DNA from: Candidatus Magasanikiibacteriota bacterium
Lineage (GTDB): Bacteria > Patescibacteriota > Patescibacteriia > Magasanikbacterales > UBA922
Length of the DNA stretch: 64,000 nucleotides
NCBI GenBank assembly: GCA_052033375.1
Contig: JBPOJQ010000014.1
Location: 342-64,341, forward strand
Reading direction: 5' to 3'
Below, piece after piece: positions 28,631 to 38,465 of this stretch. Made by a program: the position numbers and the translations under genes. Each line of letters begins with the position of its first letter. Within the stretch, counting starts at the first letter, position 1. Under the pieces are notes generated by a model, which had not been told where the DNA came from, did not search any database, and worked only from the letters and a program-made list of their open reading frames with translations.

Positions 28631-29137
28631 TTATTCTTCAATCCCCAATTCAACCATAATTTTTTCGACTATTGCACGAGCTTCTGCACTAGTCCGAGCA
28701 GGTACAGTCTTTTTGTCTCGACCTTCTTCCACAAGCGCTCTGACCAGATCTTCTTTCATGCCGAGTAATTCTTTTTTATGTTCAATGATTTTTTGTTTGA
28801 GTTGTGCAACCACCCTCTGGTCTTCCCCTATCGAAGGCGCCCCCTCAACGGTGGTCAATTGTAATTGTTGCCTCAGTATCTTCAGTGCGGATAGTACGTG
28901 CTGAATATGCAACACCACGTTTTGCACTTGTGTTGTAGCATTTTGCACTTCTTTTACAAGATATTCTGCTCGCTCACGAATTGCTGCAGTCCGCATTTCT
29001 TCGTCTAACTCAATTCCATTCGTTTCTTTTGTTTCTCTATTTTTTTCTTTCTCAAAAACATATTTTTTTTCTTGATTTTCCATATACTGCATCTTCAATG
29101 CTAGATTTTTCATAAGTATATCACAGTACAGATTCAA
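28631..29137 (-). CDS. Coiled-coil hypothetical protein
   Basis: Helical E/K/Q-rich ORF; start uncertain. Confidence 0.6.
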   Translation of the reverse strand: MNLYCDILMKNLALKMQYMENQEKKYVFEKEKNRETKETNGIELDEEMRTAAIRERAEYLVKEVQNATTQVQNVVLHIQHVLSALKILRQQLQLTTVEGAPSIGEDQRVVAQLKQKIIEHKKELLGMKEDLVRALVEEGRDKKTVPARTSAEARAIVEKIMVELGIEE

Positions 29138-29271
29138 AATAAATTATATTCCTCGAGTACATGGTCAAAAAAACAGGTAACCCATACATTTCATTGTCAC
29201 ATTTTAGTGTGATGGACATTGGTGTTTCCAAAAATCATGGTATTGTTTCAAAACGATTTATTAGATTAATA

Positions 29272-29302
29272 AAAACTCTTCTCCAATTTGGAGAAGAGTT
29301 TT
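29272..29302 (-). terminator. Intrinsic terminator after rpsR
   Basis: AAAACTCTTCTCC-loop-GGAGAAGAGTTTT. Confidence 0.7.
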
Positions 29303-29330
29303 GTATAGTAATTTATATGTTGACTCGTGC

Positions 29331-29564
29331 TTATTTGGGAACAAATGCGAGTAGTCCAGCAATTCGTGCCTGCTTGATTGCTCGAGCAATCTGACGCTGG
29401 TGTTTTGCACAAAGTCCACTGCGACGACGAGGCTGGATCTTCATATATGAAGAGGTAAATCTTCGAAGTGCCTCGTTATCTTTGTAGTCAATAAATTTTT
29501 TTTTGTCGACACAGAAAAAGCATTGTTTTTGTTTTTTCTGATTTTGATTTTTCACTGGATTCAT
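29331..29564 (-). CDS. rpsR: 30S ribosomal protein S18
   Basis: CFFC..IDYKD..LRRF..KI.PRR.SG.C.KHQR..AIK.AR..LL. Confidence 0.95.
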   Translation of the reverse strand: MNPVKNQNQKKQKQCFFCVDKKKFIDYKDNEALRRFTSSYMKIQPRRRSGLCAKHQRQIARAIKQARIAGLLAFVPK

Positions 29565-29579
29565 ACGTTACTTCATGAA

Positions 29580-30020
29580 TTAAAACGGTATATCTTCTAC
29601 TTTTATCTCATCATCTGGAGCACTTGATGGAGCTGGTGGGCGTTCATCGTCTTTTCCTCCCCCAAATGATTCTCCCTGAGCTGAAGCACCTCGTGGCGCG
29701 TCAAGCATGATTAAATTTTCAGCAATTATCTCTGTCCGGTATCTTTTTACCCCATCCTGTCCAGTCCAATCTCTGGTCTCAAGACGTCCTTCGATATATA
29801 CTCGGCGACCCTTTCCTAGATATTGTCCTGCAATATCTGCCAACTTACCCCACAACACCACATTATGATATTCTGGGCGTTCTTGACGGGTACCAGAGGC
29901 ATCTTTCCACACTCGGCTTGTTGCAACACCGATATTTGCGACACTTTGTCCAGAAGGTGTACTTCTGACTTCGGGATCCCGGGTAAGACGCCCGAGGATC
30001 ATAGCTCGATTCAGGTCCAT
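29580..30020 (-). CDS. ssb: Single-stranded DNA-binding protein
   Basis: N...L.GRLTRDPE, GR.VYIEGRL.TR.W, C-terminal DIPF. Confidence 0.95.
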   Translation of the reverse strand: MDLNRAMILGRLTRDPEVRSTPSGQSVANIGVATSRVWKDASGTRQERPEYHNVVLWGKLADIAGQYLGKGRRVYIEGRLETRDWTGQDGVKRYRTEIIAENLIMLDAPRGASAQGESFGGGKDDERPPAPSSAPDDEIKVEDIPF

Positions 30021-30089
30021 AGAGAAATGAGTTAGTAATAAGTGCCGAACCCTCCTTGGTTTAGGGAACGACGATAGGACTTGCTCCTA

Positions 30090-30608
30090 TTATACCTTAT
30101 CAATATCTTTCTGCAATATCTCATCGAGCTTGTCATCGATATTCTCTAGATTGAGAGAAGGTTCTACTACAATTTTTTCTTTTTGCTCCTCTGGGACCAC
30201 CTCTACCCGCTCTTTCTGCTCTCTTCGAGAGTCAGTACGTCCAGATCGTGTCGGCGCATCTGCTTTTTGTGGTGCGCTCAGCGCAGTAGGATCCTGTGCA
30301 AGAGTGATGGTTCCTTTCTGCTTTGGGTTATGCACCTGAATTCCTACTCTGAGGATATTACCAAGAAGTCTGATGCTCTGTTCAAGAGCAGCGACTTTTT
30401 CTGGAAGCACCTGAGCAGTAAAAAACTCGAAATACCCGTATCGAATATGCTTCATTGGATACGCAAGTCTACTTTTACCCAAATCAGTCTTTTGAATTTC
30501 CTCAGCCCCATATGCTTTGAGCTGACTTTCGATCTGTGCGGCAATCGGAGCCACCTCATCTTCAGCGAGGGTGCCCGGGAGTACACACAATATCTCGTAC
30601 TTTTTCAT
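30090..30608 (-). CDS. rpsF: 30S ribosomal protein S6 with C-terminal extension
   Basis: YE, G..RLAYP....GY motif; rpsF-ssb-rpsR order. Confidence 0.92.
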   Translation of the reverse strand: MKKYEILCVLPGTLAEDEVAPIAAQIESQLKAYGAEEIQKTDLGKSRLAYPMKHIRYGYFEFFTAQVLPEKVAALEQSIRLLGNILRVGIQVHNPKQKGTITLAQDPTALSAPQKADAPTRSGRTDSRREQKERVEVVPEEQKEKIVVEPSLNLENIDDKLDEILQKDIDKV

Positions 30609-30993
30609 AACAATAACCTTTCAAAAATACACGTTAAATTAATTTAGATACTTTTAACACCAATTTAACTACATATTTAAATCATTTTTTATGCACCAAT
30701 CATCAGATTCATGCATATGAATGAAATAGCCTGATATTCCAGACATCTTATATGTAATAAACGACCGCGCGTACTATAGCAGTAGATTAACTGTTTGTCA
30801 ATAAGCAACAATACTACTATATGCATTAATTTTTACAGAAAATACAGTGCCGTTGCCTTGTCCTGTTGCCATTCAAAATACCTATACCCTTATCATTTTT
30901 TCAATACCTTTCATGACTGTCTATTATTTTTCCACCGCATCCCATTATGTGATATACTATGATTTGATTATTTGAGTATCCACTCACTTTCTT

Positions 30994-32709
30994 ATGCTAC
31001 CTTTGGAAGAATTTAAAAAACTTCTTATCAAGAAATTTAAGCTTACGGCTTCTCAAATTACTACCTATCTTGAAGATGCCCAAAATCGTGGTAAGGACAT
31101 GGAGACACACTTACTTGAAAAAGGCATTATCAAAGAAGATGCCCTCTATGAGGCTATTGCCGAAGAATATGGACTGCCCCGTATTTCCCTCAAAGGGCGC
31201 GATATCCCACTCGAAACACTTCATGAGTTGCCCGAAGCTTTTGCCGAAGCACATCATATTTTGGCATTTGAAAGTTCTCCCACATCACTAAAAATCGCAC
31301 TTACTGACCCCACAGATGTACAGACAATAGAATTCATACGACGAAAAAGTAGGAAAGATTTGGAAATCTTTATCACTCCCCCTCGTGAAACCAAGGAAGC
31401 ATTGCGCCGATATCGCTCAGACTTAAAACAAGAATTGAGCCAGCCACTCGCCCATTCTGACCCAACCGACTTAAAAAAAGCTGCAGAAGAATTACCCATT
31501 ATTAATATTGTCAACTCAATTCTCGAACATTCAGTATTTGAAAATTCGAGTGATATTCATATTGAACCTACCGAGCTTGATGTGGTTGTCAGATTCCGCA
31601 TTGATGGAATATTGCGCGAAATGATGCATCTTCCAAAAACTGTCCAAAGCGGAATTGTCGCGAGAATAAAAATTCTTTCAAATCTCAAAATTGATGAACA
31701 CATGATTCCTCAGGATGGAAGATTTAAAATTTCAGTGCAGGGAGAAACACTCTCATTCCGTGTTTCAATTATTCCCGTATATGACGGAGAAAAGATCGTC
31801 ATGCGTTTATTACACGAAGGGCAGAAACCTTTAACACTTGATGAACTTGGCTTTTTGCCCGGAATCAAAGAGTTGGTCAACGATGCGATTGAGAAGCCAC
31901 ATGGTATGGTTTTGGTAACTGGTCCTACTGGATCAGGAAAAACCACGACGCTCTACTCAGTATTAGGCATGCTGAATCAACCAGATGTGAACATCTGCAC
32001 CATCGAAGATCCAATTGAATATCATGTGAGTGGTATCAACCAAAGTCAGATTAATCCAAAAGCCGGTTTTACTTTTGCGTCAGGCCTCCGTTCCTTTCTG
32101 CGACAAGATCCAGATATTATTATGGTTGGAGAAATCCGCGACAAAGAGACTGCCGAAATTGCGATTCATGCTGCAATGACTGGACACTTAGTACTCTCGA
32201 CCTTGCACACCAATGATGCACCTACTACTATCCCTCGACTTCTCGATATGGATATTCCACCATTCTTGGTTGCTTTTACTGCAAATATCATCATTGCACA
32301 ACGACTGGTCAGAAAAATCTGTCCACATTGTAAGGAATCATTCAAGCTGACTGCAAAAGAAATAAAACAACTCCATTCCCTGATTGATAAATCAAAAATA
32401 ACAGCATTATTCAAAGAATATAAAGTATCGTTGTCTGCAAAGGAAAAAAGTCTAGAGTCACTGACGTTCTACCGAGGTAAGGGTTGTAAAAAATGTGAAA
32501 ATTCTGGGTACAAAGGCCGTATTGGAATTTATGAAGTCCTCGTTGTAGATGAAGACTTACAAAAAATTATCAATGCAAAGGCAACCGCTGCAGACATAAA
32601 AGTACATGCAATCAAACGTGGCATGTTGACCTTATTCCAAGATGGTTTAATCAAGGCAAAGCAAGGTGTAACCACCATTGAAGAGGTGCTCCGTGCTACC
32701 AAAGATTAA
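30994..32709 (+). CDS. pilB: Type IV pilus assembly ATPase PilB/GspE
   Basis: SDIHIEP, PQDGR, GPTGSGKTTT, EDPIE, LRQDPD, STLHTN, Cys pairs. Confidence 0.92.
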   Translation: MLPLEEFKKLLIKKFKLTASQITTYLEDAQNRGKDMETHLLEKGIIKEDALYEAIAEEYGLPRISLKGRDIPLETLHELPEAFAEAHHILAFESSPTSLKIALTDPTDVQTIEFIRRKSRKDLEIFITPPRETKEALRRYRSDLKQELSQPLAHSDPTDLKKAAEELPIINIVNSILEHSVFENSSDIHIEPTELDVVVRFRIDGILREMMHLPKTVQSGIVARIKILSNLKIDEHMIPQDGRFKISVQGETLSFRVSIIPVYDGEKIVMRLLHEGQKPLTLDELGFLPGIKELVNDAIEKPHGMVLVTGPTGSGKTTTLYSVLGMLNQPDVNICTIEDPIEYHVSGINQSQINPKAGFTFASGLRSFLRQDPDIIMVGEIRDKETAEIAIHAAMTGHLVLSTLHTNDAPTTIPRLLDMDIPPFLVAFTANIIIAQRLVRKICPHCKESFKLTAKEIKQLHSLIDKSKITALFKEYKVSLSAKEKSLESLTFYRGKGCKKCENSGYKGRIGIYEVLVVDEDLQKIINAKATAADIKVHAIKRGMLTLFQDGLIKAKQGVTTIEEVLRATKD

Positions 32710-32713
32710 TGGT

Positions 32714-33838
32714 ATGAAAACTCCTACAATATTTAGTTCGCCACAATCAAAAGAAACTCCGCACACGCACCGTCTTTTCAATCCAGAACGCGTACGCATT
32801 CCTATGGTTGATCGAATTTTTTTTCTTGACCACCTAAAAACCATGATACATGCCGGTCTTTCTCTCATAGAGGCGCTGCACGTACTCGCAAAAGAGGCAC
32901 AAAATAAAAAACTTACGCACATCGTCCAAGAAATCACTGACCACGTAGAAAAAGGAAATCAATTAAGTGATAGTTTGAAACTATACCCAAAAATTTTTCC
33001 TGACTTACAAACAAAAATGATCGCCTCAGGAGAAATTGCGGGGAAACTCGAAGATTCTCTCGATCAAGTGGTTGTGCAAATGAAAAAAAATCACGCACTT
33101 GTCTCCAGTGTCAAAGGCGCACTCATCTACCCCTCAGTAATTGTCGGTGCGATCATGGTTATCGGTGTACTGATGGTAACCCTTGTACTCCCAAAACTCA
33201 CTTCGATGTTTGATGAATTTGACGCAGAACTCCCTCTTCCGACTAAGATACTTATTGGTGTTACAGACTTTTTGTCACAGCCGCTGAACTTAATCTCAGT
33301 TTTTGCGGTATTTTTTCTTTTAATCGCACTTTTTATCGTCATGCTGAAAAAAAATACCTCCTTCAAACATGCTATTCACGGGATTATTCTCCACCTACCG
33401 ATATTTGGTCCCATTATTAAAAAAGTTAACCTCGCACGATTTTCTATAACCCTCTCCTCGTTACTCAAGAGTACTATTCCAATTGTAGACGCAGTACGTA
33501 TTGCTGGAGAAACTTGCAAAAATGTTCGCTATAAAAATGCGCTACTCAGCGCAACTGACAGTCTCTCAAAAGGAGAACAGCTCTCTGAGATTCTCTCTGA
33601 ACACTCGAAATTATTTCCTCCTATGGTTACCGAGATGATAATGGTTGGAGAAAAAACAGGTGAAATTGACCACTTACTACAAGAACTTTCGTCTTTCTAT
33701 TCTGATGAAGTTGATAAAACAATGAAAAATTTTTCAACAATTATTGAACCAGTTATTATTATATTGCTCGGCCTTGGCGTTGCAGGTATAGCGGTTTCAA
33801 TCATTATGCCGATGTACTCACTTACTCAAGCTTTCTAA
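32714..33838 (+). CDS. pilC: Type IV pilus platform protein PilC/GspF
   Basis: GE..G.LE, AL.YP, VGE.TG..D, IEP. Confidence 0.9.
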   Translation: MKTPTIFSSPQSKETPHTHRLFNPERVRIPMVDRIFFLDHLKTMIHAGLSLIEALHVLAKEAQNKKLTHIVQEITDHVEKGNQLSDSLKLYPKIFPDLQTKMIASGEIAGKLEDSLDQVVVQMKKNHALVSSVKGALIYPSVIVGAIMVIGVLMVTLVLPKLTSMFDEFDAELPLPTKILIGVTDFLSQPLNLISVFAVFFLLIALFIVMLKKNTSFKHAIHGIILHLPIFGPIIKKVNLARFSITLSSLLKSTIPIVDAVRIAGETCKNVRYKNALLSATDSLSKGEQLSEILSEHSKLFPPMVTEMIMVGEKTGEIDHLLQELSSFYSDEVDKTMKNFSTIIEPVIIILLGLGVAGIAVSIIMPMYSLTQAF

Positions 33839-33846
33839 ATACTCTC

Positions 33847-34953
33847 ATGCTTACTCATCCGTTTCCCCATGCATTTGGTATCGATATTGGAGACCGTTCG
33901 GTAAAACTGGTCCAACTTAAGAATCGAGAAAAATTAAGAAGCACCACATTCCACCCTACCGCTATGCGTGCCTGTCAATTAGAGCCTGGTCTGGTCGTCA
34001 ATGGCATTATCGAACAACCTGAATTGGTAAGAAAAAAAATTGAAAAACTCCTCAAAGGAGAAGGCAAGGGTGAACGCCCTATCAAAAGCCCATGGGTTGT
34101 AGCTTCTGTTCCTGAAAATCACAGCTTCCTCAAACTGATTTCCATACCTGCAAGTAGCGCTTCAGTTACCGAGTCACCTGACATACTCAATCTTATCTCG
34201 ACGTATCTTCCTGTGGACGATCTCTCTACATATGCGCTTGATTGGCATGTGGTGCAGCCCAAAGATAGTGATACCGAAATACGTATACTTGTTGGAGCCA
34301 TTCCAAAGCGAATTGGGGATAGCTACACCTACCTACTCGAAAGTCTAGGACTGGGTGTGATGGCACTTGAAATCGAAGAAGTGGCAATCGCTCGTTCGAT
34401 GGTCACTGCACACAAAGAATACCATGATGAAGCGCGTGCCATCATCGATATCGGATCAACCCGAACACAGGTCATTATATATGATCGAGATGTTATCCAA
34501 TTCAGTACAGTACTCCCTTTTTCCGGAGAGCTTCTCACCCGAGCAATCATGGAATCCCAAAAAATAGATGAAGCGGCTGCAGAAAAAATAAAACGGGAAG
34601 TCGGACTAGAAATCCCCAAGGGTAAAAAAAATAATTCTGCGCTTCTGAAATTAGTCACCGAATTTTCACATGCTCTGGAACACACTTTCTCTTCATATTA
34701 TGGACACAATTCAAATGCTCATCGTATCACCCGTATCGTACTCTGCGGTGGCACATGCAACTTATTACACCTAGACACAGTCTTGCACGAAGCATTGGGA
34801 ATCGAGTGCGTACGCGGTAACGTATGGAAAAATCTTGGTATTGACCCAAAACATGCACCTGCTGACAACACTATTGCACTTTCCTATGCGACAGCAATCG
34901 GTCTCGCACTTCGTGCAGCAGATAATCCTTTTAGTACACGTGATACTATCTAA
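33847..34953 (+). CDS. pilM: Type IV pilus assembly protein PilM
   Basis: GIDIG..SVK, IDIG...T, LCGG, A.A.GLALR actin-like motifs. Confidence 0.88.
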   Translation: MLTHPFPHAFGIDIGDRSVKLVQLKNREKLRSTTFHPTAMRACQLEPGLVVNGIIEQPELVRKKIEKLLKGEGKGERPIKSPWVVASVPENHSFLKLISIPASSASVTESPDILNLISTYLPVDDLSTYALDWHVVQPKDSDTEIRILVGAIPKRIGDSYTYLLESLGLGVMALEIEEVAIARSMVTAHKEYHDEARAIIDIGSTRTQVIIYDRDVIQFSTVLPFSGELLTRAIMESQKIDEAAAEKIKREVGLEIPKGKKNNSALLKLVTEFSHALEHTFSSYYGHNSNAHRITRIVLCGGTCNLLHLDTVLHEALGIECVRGNVWKNLGIDPKHAPADNTIALSYATAIGLALRAADNPFSTRDTI

Positions 34954-34958
34954 ATTGT

Positions 34959-35489
34959 ATGATGTTTCCTGTCCGAATTAATGTTTTGTCTGATTCAAAA
35001 AAAGCACATCTCAAACGACTTGCGCTTTTTACCTATCTCAAAAGTTCATGTGCACTTATTTTTTCTCTTATCGCCGTGCTTGCAGCAGTATTACTGATTG
35101 CAGAAAGTTTTTTTATCAATTATCGTGCCGCACTCACCTACGGAGTTCTCTCAGGAAGACGATCATACCTCAGTGATATCCAGCGCATACAAGCTACCAA
35201 TCAACAACTGAAAAAAATTGACGCTATCCAAACAGAATTTACCCTCTGGTCACCTCGTGTACACACCATTCTTGCTGCGCTTCCTCCAGGAATTGAGCTC
35301 AGCTCAATAATACTCGATTCTGAGACAAAGTCTCTTTCTCTTGCAGGTAGCGCACTCACCCGAGAAGTTCTTGGCGAATGTGAAAAAGCAATCAAATCTC
35401 TCCCCCTTCTTGAGTCAGTCGAAATTCCACTTGGGGAGCTTACCCAAAAAGAACATATTCCTTTTACCCTACGAGCAACTTTGAAATAA
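34959..35489 (+). CDS. PilN-like protein
   Basis: IN.L motif, TM, coiled region; follows pilM. Confidence 0.7.
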   Translation: MMFPVRINVLSDSKKAHLKRLALFTYLKSSCALIFSLIAVLAAVLLIAESFFINYRAALTYGVLSGRRSYLSDIQRIQATNQQLKKIDAIQTEFTLWSPRVHTILAALPPGIELSSIILDSETKSLSLAGSALTREVLGECEKAIKSLPLLESVEIPLGELTQKEHIPFTLRATLK

Positions 35490-35490
35490 T

Positions 35491-36051
35491 ATGAGATTTA
35501 CGATCACACACAAGCTTATTGTCACCATCATTTTTTTCGTCTCGGCTGGTATTGGAATTATATTTGGTTTTATCATTCCTTCTCTACAATCAATCACCCA
35601 GACTACCGAAGCCATGGTAGCGCAGGTAAGCGCTGATAATGATGAGCTCGATCGTGTACGATTGCTCCGCCGCTCATTGATTGCAATAGACGAAACCGAA
35701 ACCAAGCTATCGCAAACAACCGGAATTTCAATAACCCGATCAGAAGAAGAACAGATAATTGAGTTAATTGAATTTATTGCGGATCAAAATGGTGTGGAGC
35801 AAAAATTATCTGTTTCGTATCTACCCCACCAAGATACTACCCAATTTGCAGGACGATACCTCTTCACTTTCTCAACTCAAGGAACCCTTGAACGAATTGA
35901 AAAATACCTCGTCGATCTCGAATCAATCCCCTATTATCTAAGTATCAAACGATTGACCCTTGAAAAAAGTTCAAAAGTGGGAGACAATCTGGTTACCCTC
36001 AATTTTAGTGCGACCCTTAATACCACCAGCGAGCCATCCTATGTCGACTAA
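35491..36051 (+). CDS. PilO-like protein
   Basis: N-terminal TM, G.....YL..LE motif; position in cluster. Confidence 0.65.
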   Translation: MRFTITHKLIVTIIFFVSAGIGIIFGFIIPSLQSITQTTEAMVAQVSADNDELDRVRLLRRSLIAIDETETKLSQTTGISITRSEEEQIIELIEFIADQNGVEQKLSVSYLPHQDTTQFAGRYLFTFSTQGTLERIEKYLVDLESIPYYLSIKRLTLEKSSKVGDNLVTLNFSATLNTTSEPSYVD

Positions 36052-36430
36052 TACACCAAAACGTATCCACAATCCAATACCCCCCGAATTTGCCAATGTT
36101 TCAATACTCCGGTTAATCACTGTTTTTGTTGCGTGTATTAGTTTACTTGGCACGGGATACACCACTTGGTTGGTATATTCTATGTCCAATCGGATTTCTG
36201 GATATGAAGTTTCAAAACAATTTGAGATGGTTTCAAAAAAAGCTGGACCTATCAATTTCACTCTTTTGGAAAAAGTGTTGAATGTGGATAGTGAAAAACA
36301 ACGTTTGACATTCATTCCCCCAACTCACGATCCATTCTATAATCGACCCGTAACCACCACCGTTAGTAGTATTCCTACGGTTTCTTCTACCATTAGTGTC
36401 GCGGTATCTTCTTCAACCACCAGTTTATGA
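36041..36430 (+). CDS. Membrane protein, pil cluster (DPF motif)
   Basis: Single TM; overlaps pilO-like gene. Confidence 0.55.
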   Translation: MSTNTPKRIHNPIPPEFANVSILRLITVFVACISLLGTGYTTWLVYSMSNRISGYEVSKQFEMVSKKAGPINFTLLEKVLNVDSEKQRLTFIPPTHDPFYNRPVTTTVSSIPTVSSTISVAVSSSTTSL

Positions 36431-37551
36431 CATATGCATTTGAACTCGGGCATCAGCCACACCTGTCAGTAGCTGAAATTATTTCTGTATGTAATCGCTT
36501 ATCCATCTCATACCATTCCGTAACAACCATCGGTTCTTTTTTTGTTATTGAAACGGAAAAACCTCTCGATACCCAGCTCCTCATTCACACATTGGGCGGT
36601 ACGATTCGAATTGCCCAGCACATCGAAACAACAGGTACCGATCTCACGACCATCACACAGCATCTTGAACATACCACCGAAGGAAAAATTCAATTTTCAC
36701 TATCCGGCCCCAATTCCAAATCCCTCGCACTTGAAGTAAAAAAATATTTGAAATCCAACGGGCGTTCAGTCCGATATATTGAATCAAAAAATACAGCTAC
36801 AGTAATTCATAATCATCTAATTGAAAAAAGGGGAGAAATACTGAGCGTTGGGAACGAATGGTATGTGACTGAAGCAATCCAGGATATTGAGTCATTTACC
36901 AAACGTGATTATGACCGTCCGCGGACTGATAGCAGAAGTGGCATGCTCCCACCCAAACTTGCACGAATAATGATAAACCTTGCCGAAGTGCCGACTACGT
37001 CTCACATTCTTGATCCATTTTGCGGATCGGGCACTATTTTGACTGAAGCGTTGTCTCTCGGATATACCCATGTATCTGGATCAGACAATTCAGAGAAGGC
37101 GGTGGAAGATTCAACAGCAAACGTGGGTTGGTTTTTGAAAGAAAAACCACATGACAACGTGCGCACTGCAATCCATCTTGCCTCTGCAACCAAACTAGAA
37201 AATGTACTTAAAAAAGAACGTGTTGATGCAATTATTTCCGAACCATACATGGGAAAGCCGCTGCGCGGACACGAGAGTATTGTTGCTCTTGCTTCTCAGG
37301 CAGCTGAATTAAAAGAGTTATATATCAAAAGTTTTGAATCATTTAAAAAAATACTTTCCCCGACTGGAGTTATCATTTTTATCATTCCTATATTCAAGGC
37401 TGGCACAGAATGGGTGAGAACTAACGCGCAGAGTGAAATCGAAAAACGCGGATTCACCATTATTCCTTTTTCAGAAAAAAATACATCCCTCCTTTATTCA
37501 AGGGATAATCAATTTGTCGGTCGAGAAATCTGGAAATTCAAAAAAACTTGA
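36427..37551 (+). CDS. SAM-dependent RNA methyltransferase (Trm11/UPF0020-like)
   Basis: GMLPPKLAR.M.NL, DPFCGSGT, EPY.G. Confidence 0.8.
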   Translation: MTYAFELGHQPHLSVAEIISVCNRLSISYHSVTTIGSFFVIETEKPLDTQLLIHTLGGTIRIAQHIETTGTDLTTITQHLEHTTEGKIQFSLSGPNSKSLALEVKKYLKSNGRSVRYIESKNTATVIHNHLIEKRGEILSVGNEWYVTEAIQDIESFTKRDYDRPRTDSRSGMLPPKLARIMINLAEVPTTSHILDPFCGSGTILTEALSLGYTHVSGSDNSEKAVEDSTANVGWFLKEKPHDNVRTAIHLASATKLENVLKKERVDAIISEPYMGKPLRGHESIVALASQAAELKELYIKSFESFKKILSPTGVIIFIIPIFKAGTEWVRTNAQSEIEKRGFTIIPFSEKNTSLLYSRDNQFVGREIWKFKKT

Positions 37552-37616
37552 CACCCGCTTCTGTTTCTGGGATTAATAAGTATCAGTGTTCCTACCCACA
37601 ACCCATGAGGTCCACC

Positions 37617-37964
37617 ATGGTCGTACACATTCAGAATGCTCAGAAGAGACTCGCACGCCTCCGAAATACAACTCTCATCGGCGTGATCCTGATAGTGCTC
37701 GTGTTCGGCGGATTACTGATCGCGAGTGTCCGTCACACCCTCGCCGTCGCGAGTGAACTCGACCGACGCCCCGCAATCGGGTACACCGTGTATCGAAGTG
37801 AGAACACCATCATGATCATGAACGTGGACCTCGCCGAGGTCTACTGGTTCACCGACTGCCCGCATCTGGAAGATTATACGAGATACGAAGAAGTCGCCAT
37901 CTATGGTGATCACGAGAACCACTGTCGTGATTGGTATCCTCTCCGCGGGGTTTTGAGGAAGTGA
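37617..37964 (+). CDS. Orphan single-TM protein
   Basis: GAGGT SD, GC-rich codons, long 3' terminator hairpin near 38023-38090. Confidence 0.6.
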   Translation: MVVHIQNAQKRLARLRNTTLIGVILIVLVFGGLLIASVRHTLAVASELDRRPAIGYTVYRSENTIMIMNVDLAEVYWFTDCPHLEDYTRYEEVAIYGDHENHCRDWYPLRGVLRK

Positions 37965-38091
37965 AGTCCACCCATCTGGCATGTCGCGGTCGACACACAA
38001 CCTACGAGCGAACACTACCATTCACCGCCAACATGCCTTTGTTGGGCCGAAATACTTCGGAGCAGCAAAGGAGGTGTTGACGGTGTTTTGT

Positions 38092-38313
38092 TTATAGAGT
38101 TACTTCAACAATTTTCTTCTTTCCTGTTTTTCCTTTGAGGAGTGAAATATTTGATTTTGCAACACTAAAATACTCACTTAAAATTTTAATAAGTTGCTCA
38201 TTTGCCTCCCCATCGACTGGTGATGCAGTGAGACGAATTTGATACTCAGTATCTGAAATTTTCATGACTTCGTTTTTTGATGAACGCGGTTTTACAGTAA
38301 TAGTGAGGCGCAT
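38092..38313 (-). CDS. DUF167/YggU family protein
   Basis: VKP.S, P..G.AN..L..L, G.T...K. Confidence 0.88.
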   Translation of the reverse strand: MRLTITVKPRSSKNEVMKISDTEYQIRLTASPVDGEANEQLIKILSEYFSVAKSNISLLKGKTGKKKIVEVTL

Positions 38314-38321
38314 ATAAATTC

Positions 38322-38426
38322 TAAATCCGTGCCTATCTGTCAGATCCGTTAAATCCGTGTTCTATTCTATAACTTTCGCTAAATGGAACACGGATGACAC
38401 GGATTGAACGGATTAACACGGATTTA
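38322..38426. repeat. Inverted array of ATCCGT/ACGGAT units
   Basis: Four roughly 9-10-nt units per arm; core ATCCGTGTTC/GAACACGGAT. Confidence 0.85.
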
Positions 38427-38465
38427 ATTAAATTCTTTTTTATGTAAATTTTCTCAACCAGATAA

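Noticed and set aside
30690-30745. Second hammerhead-like CUGAUGA after a hairpin upstream of rpsF (minus strand)
   Set aside because: No stem II, and no GAAA/stem III closure
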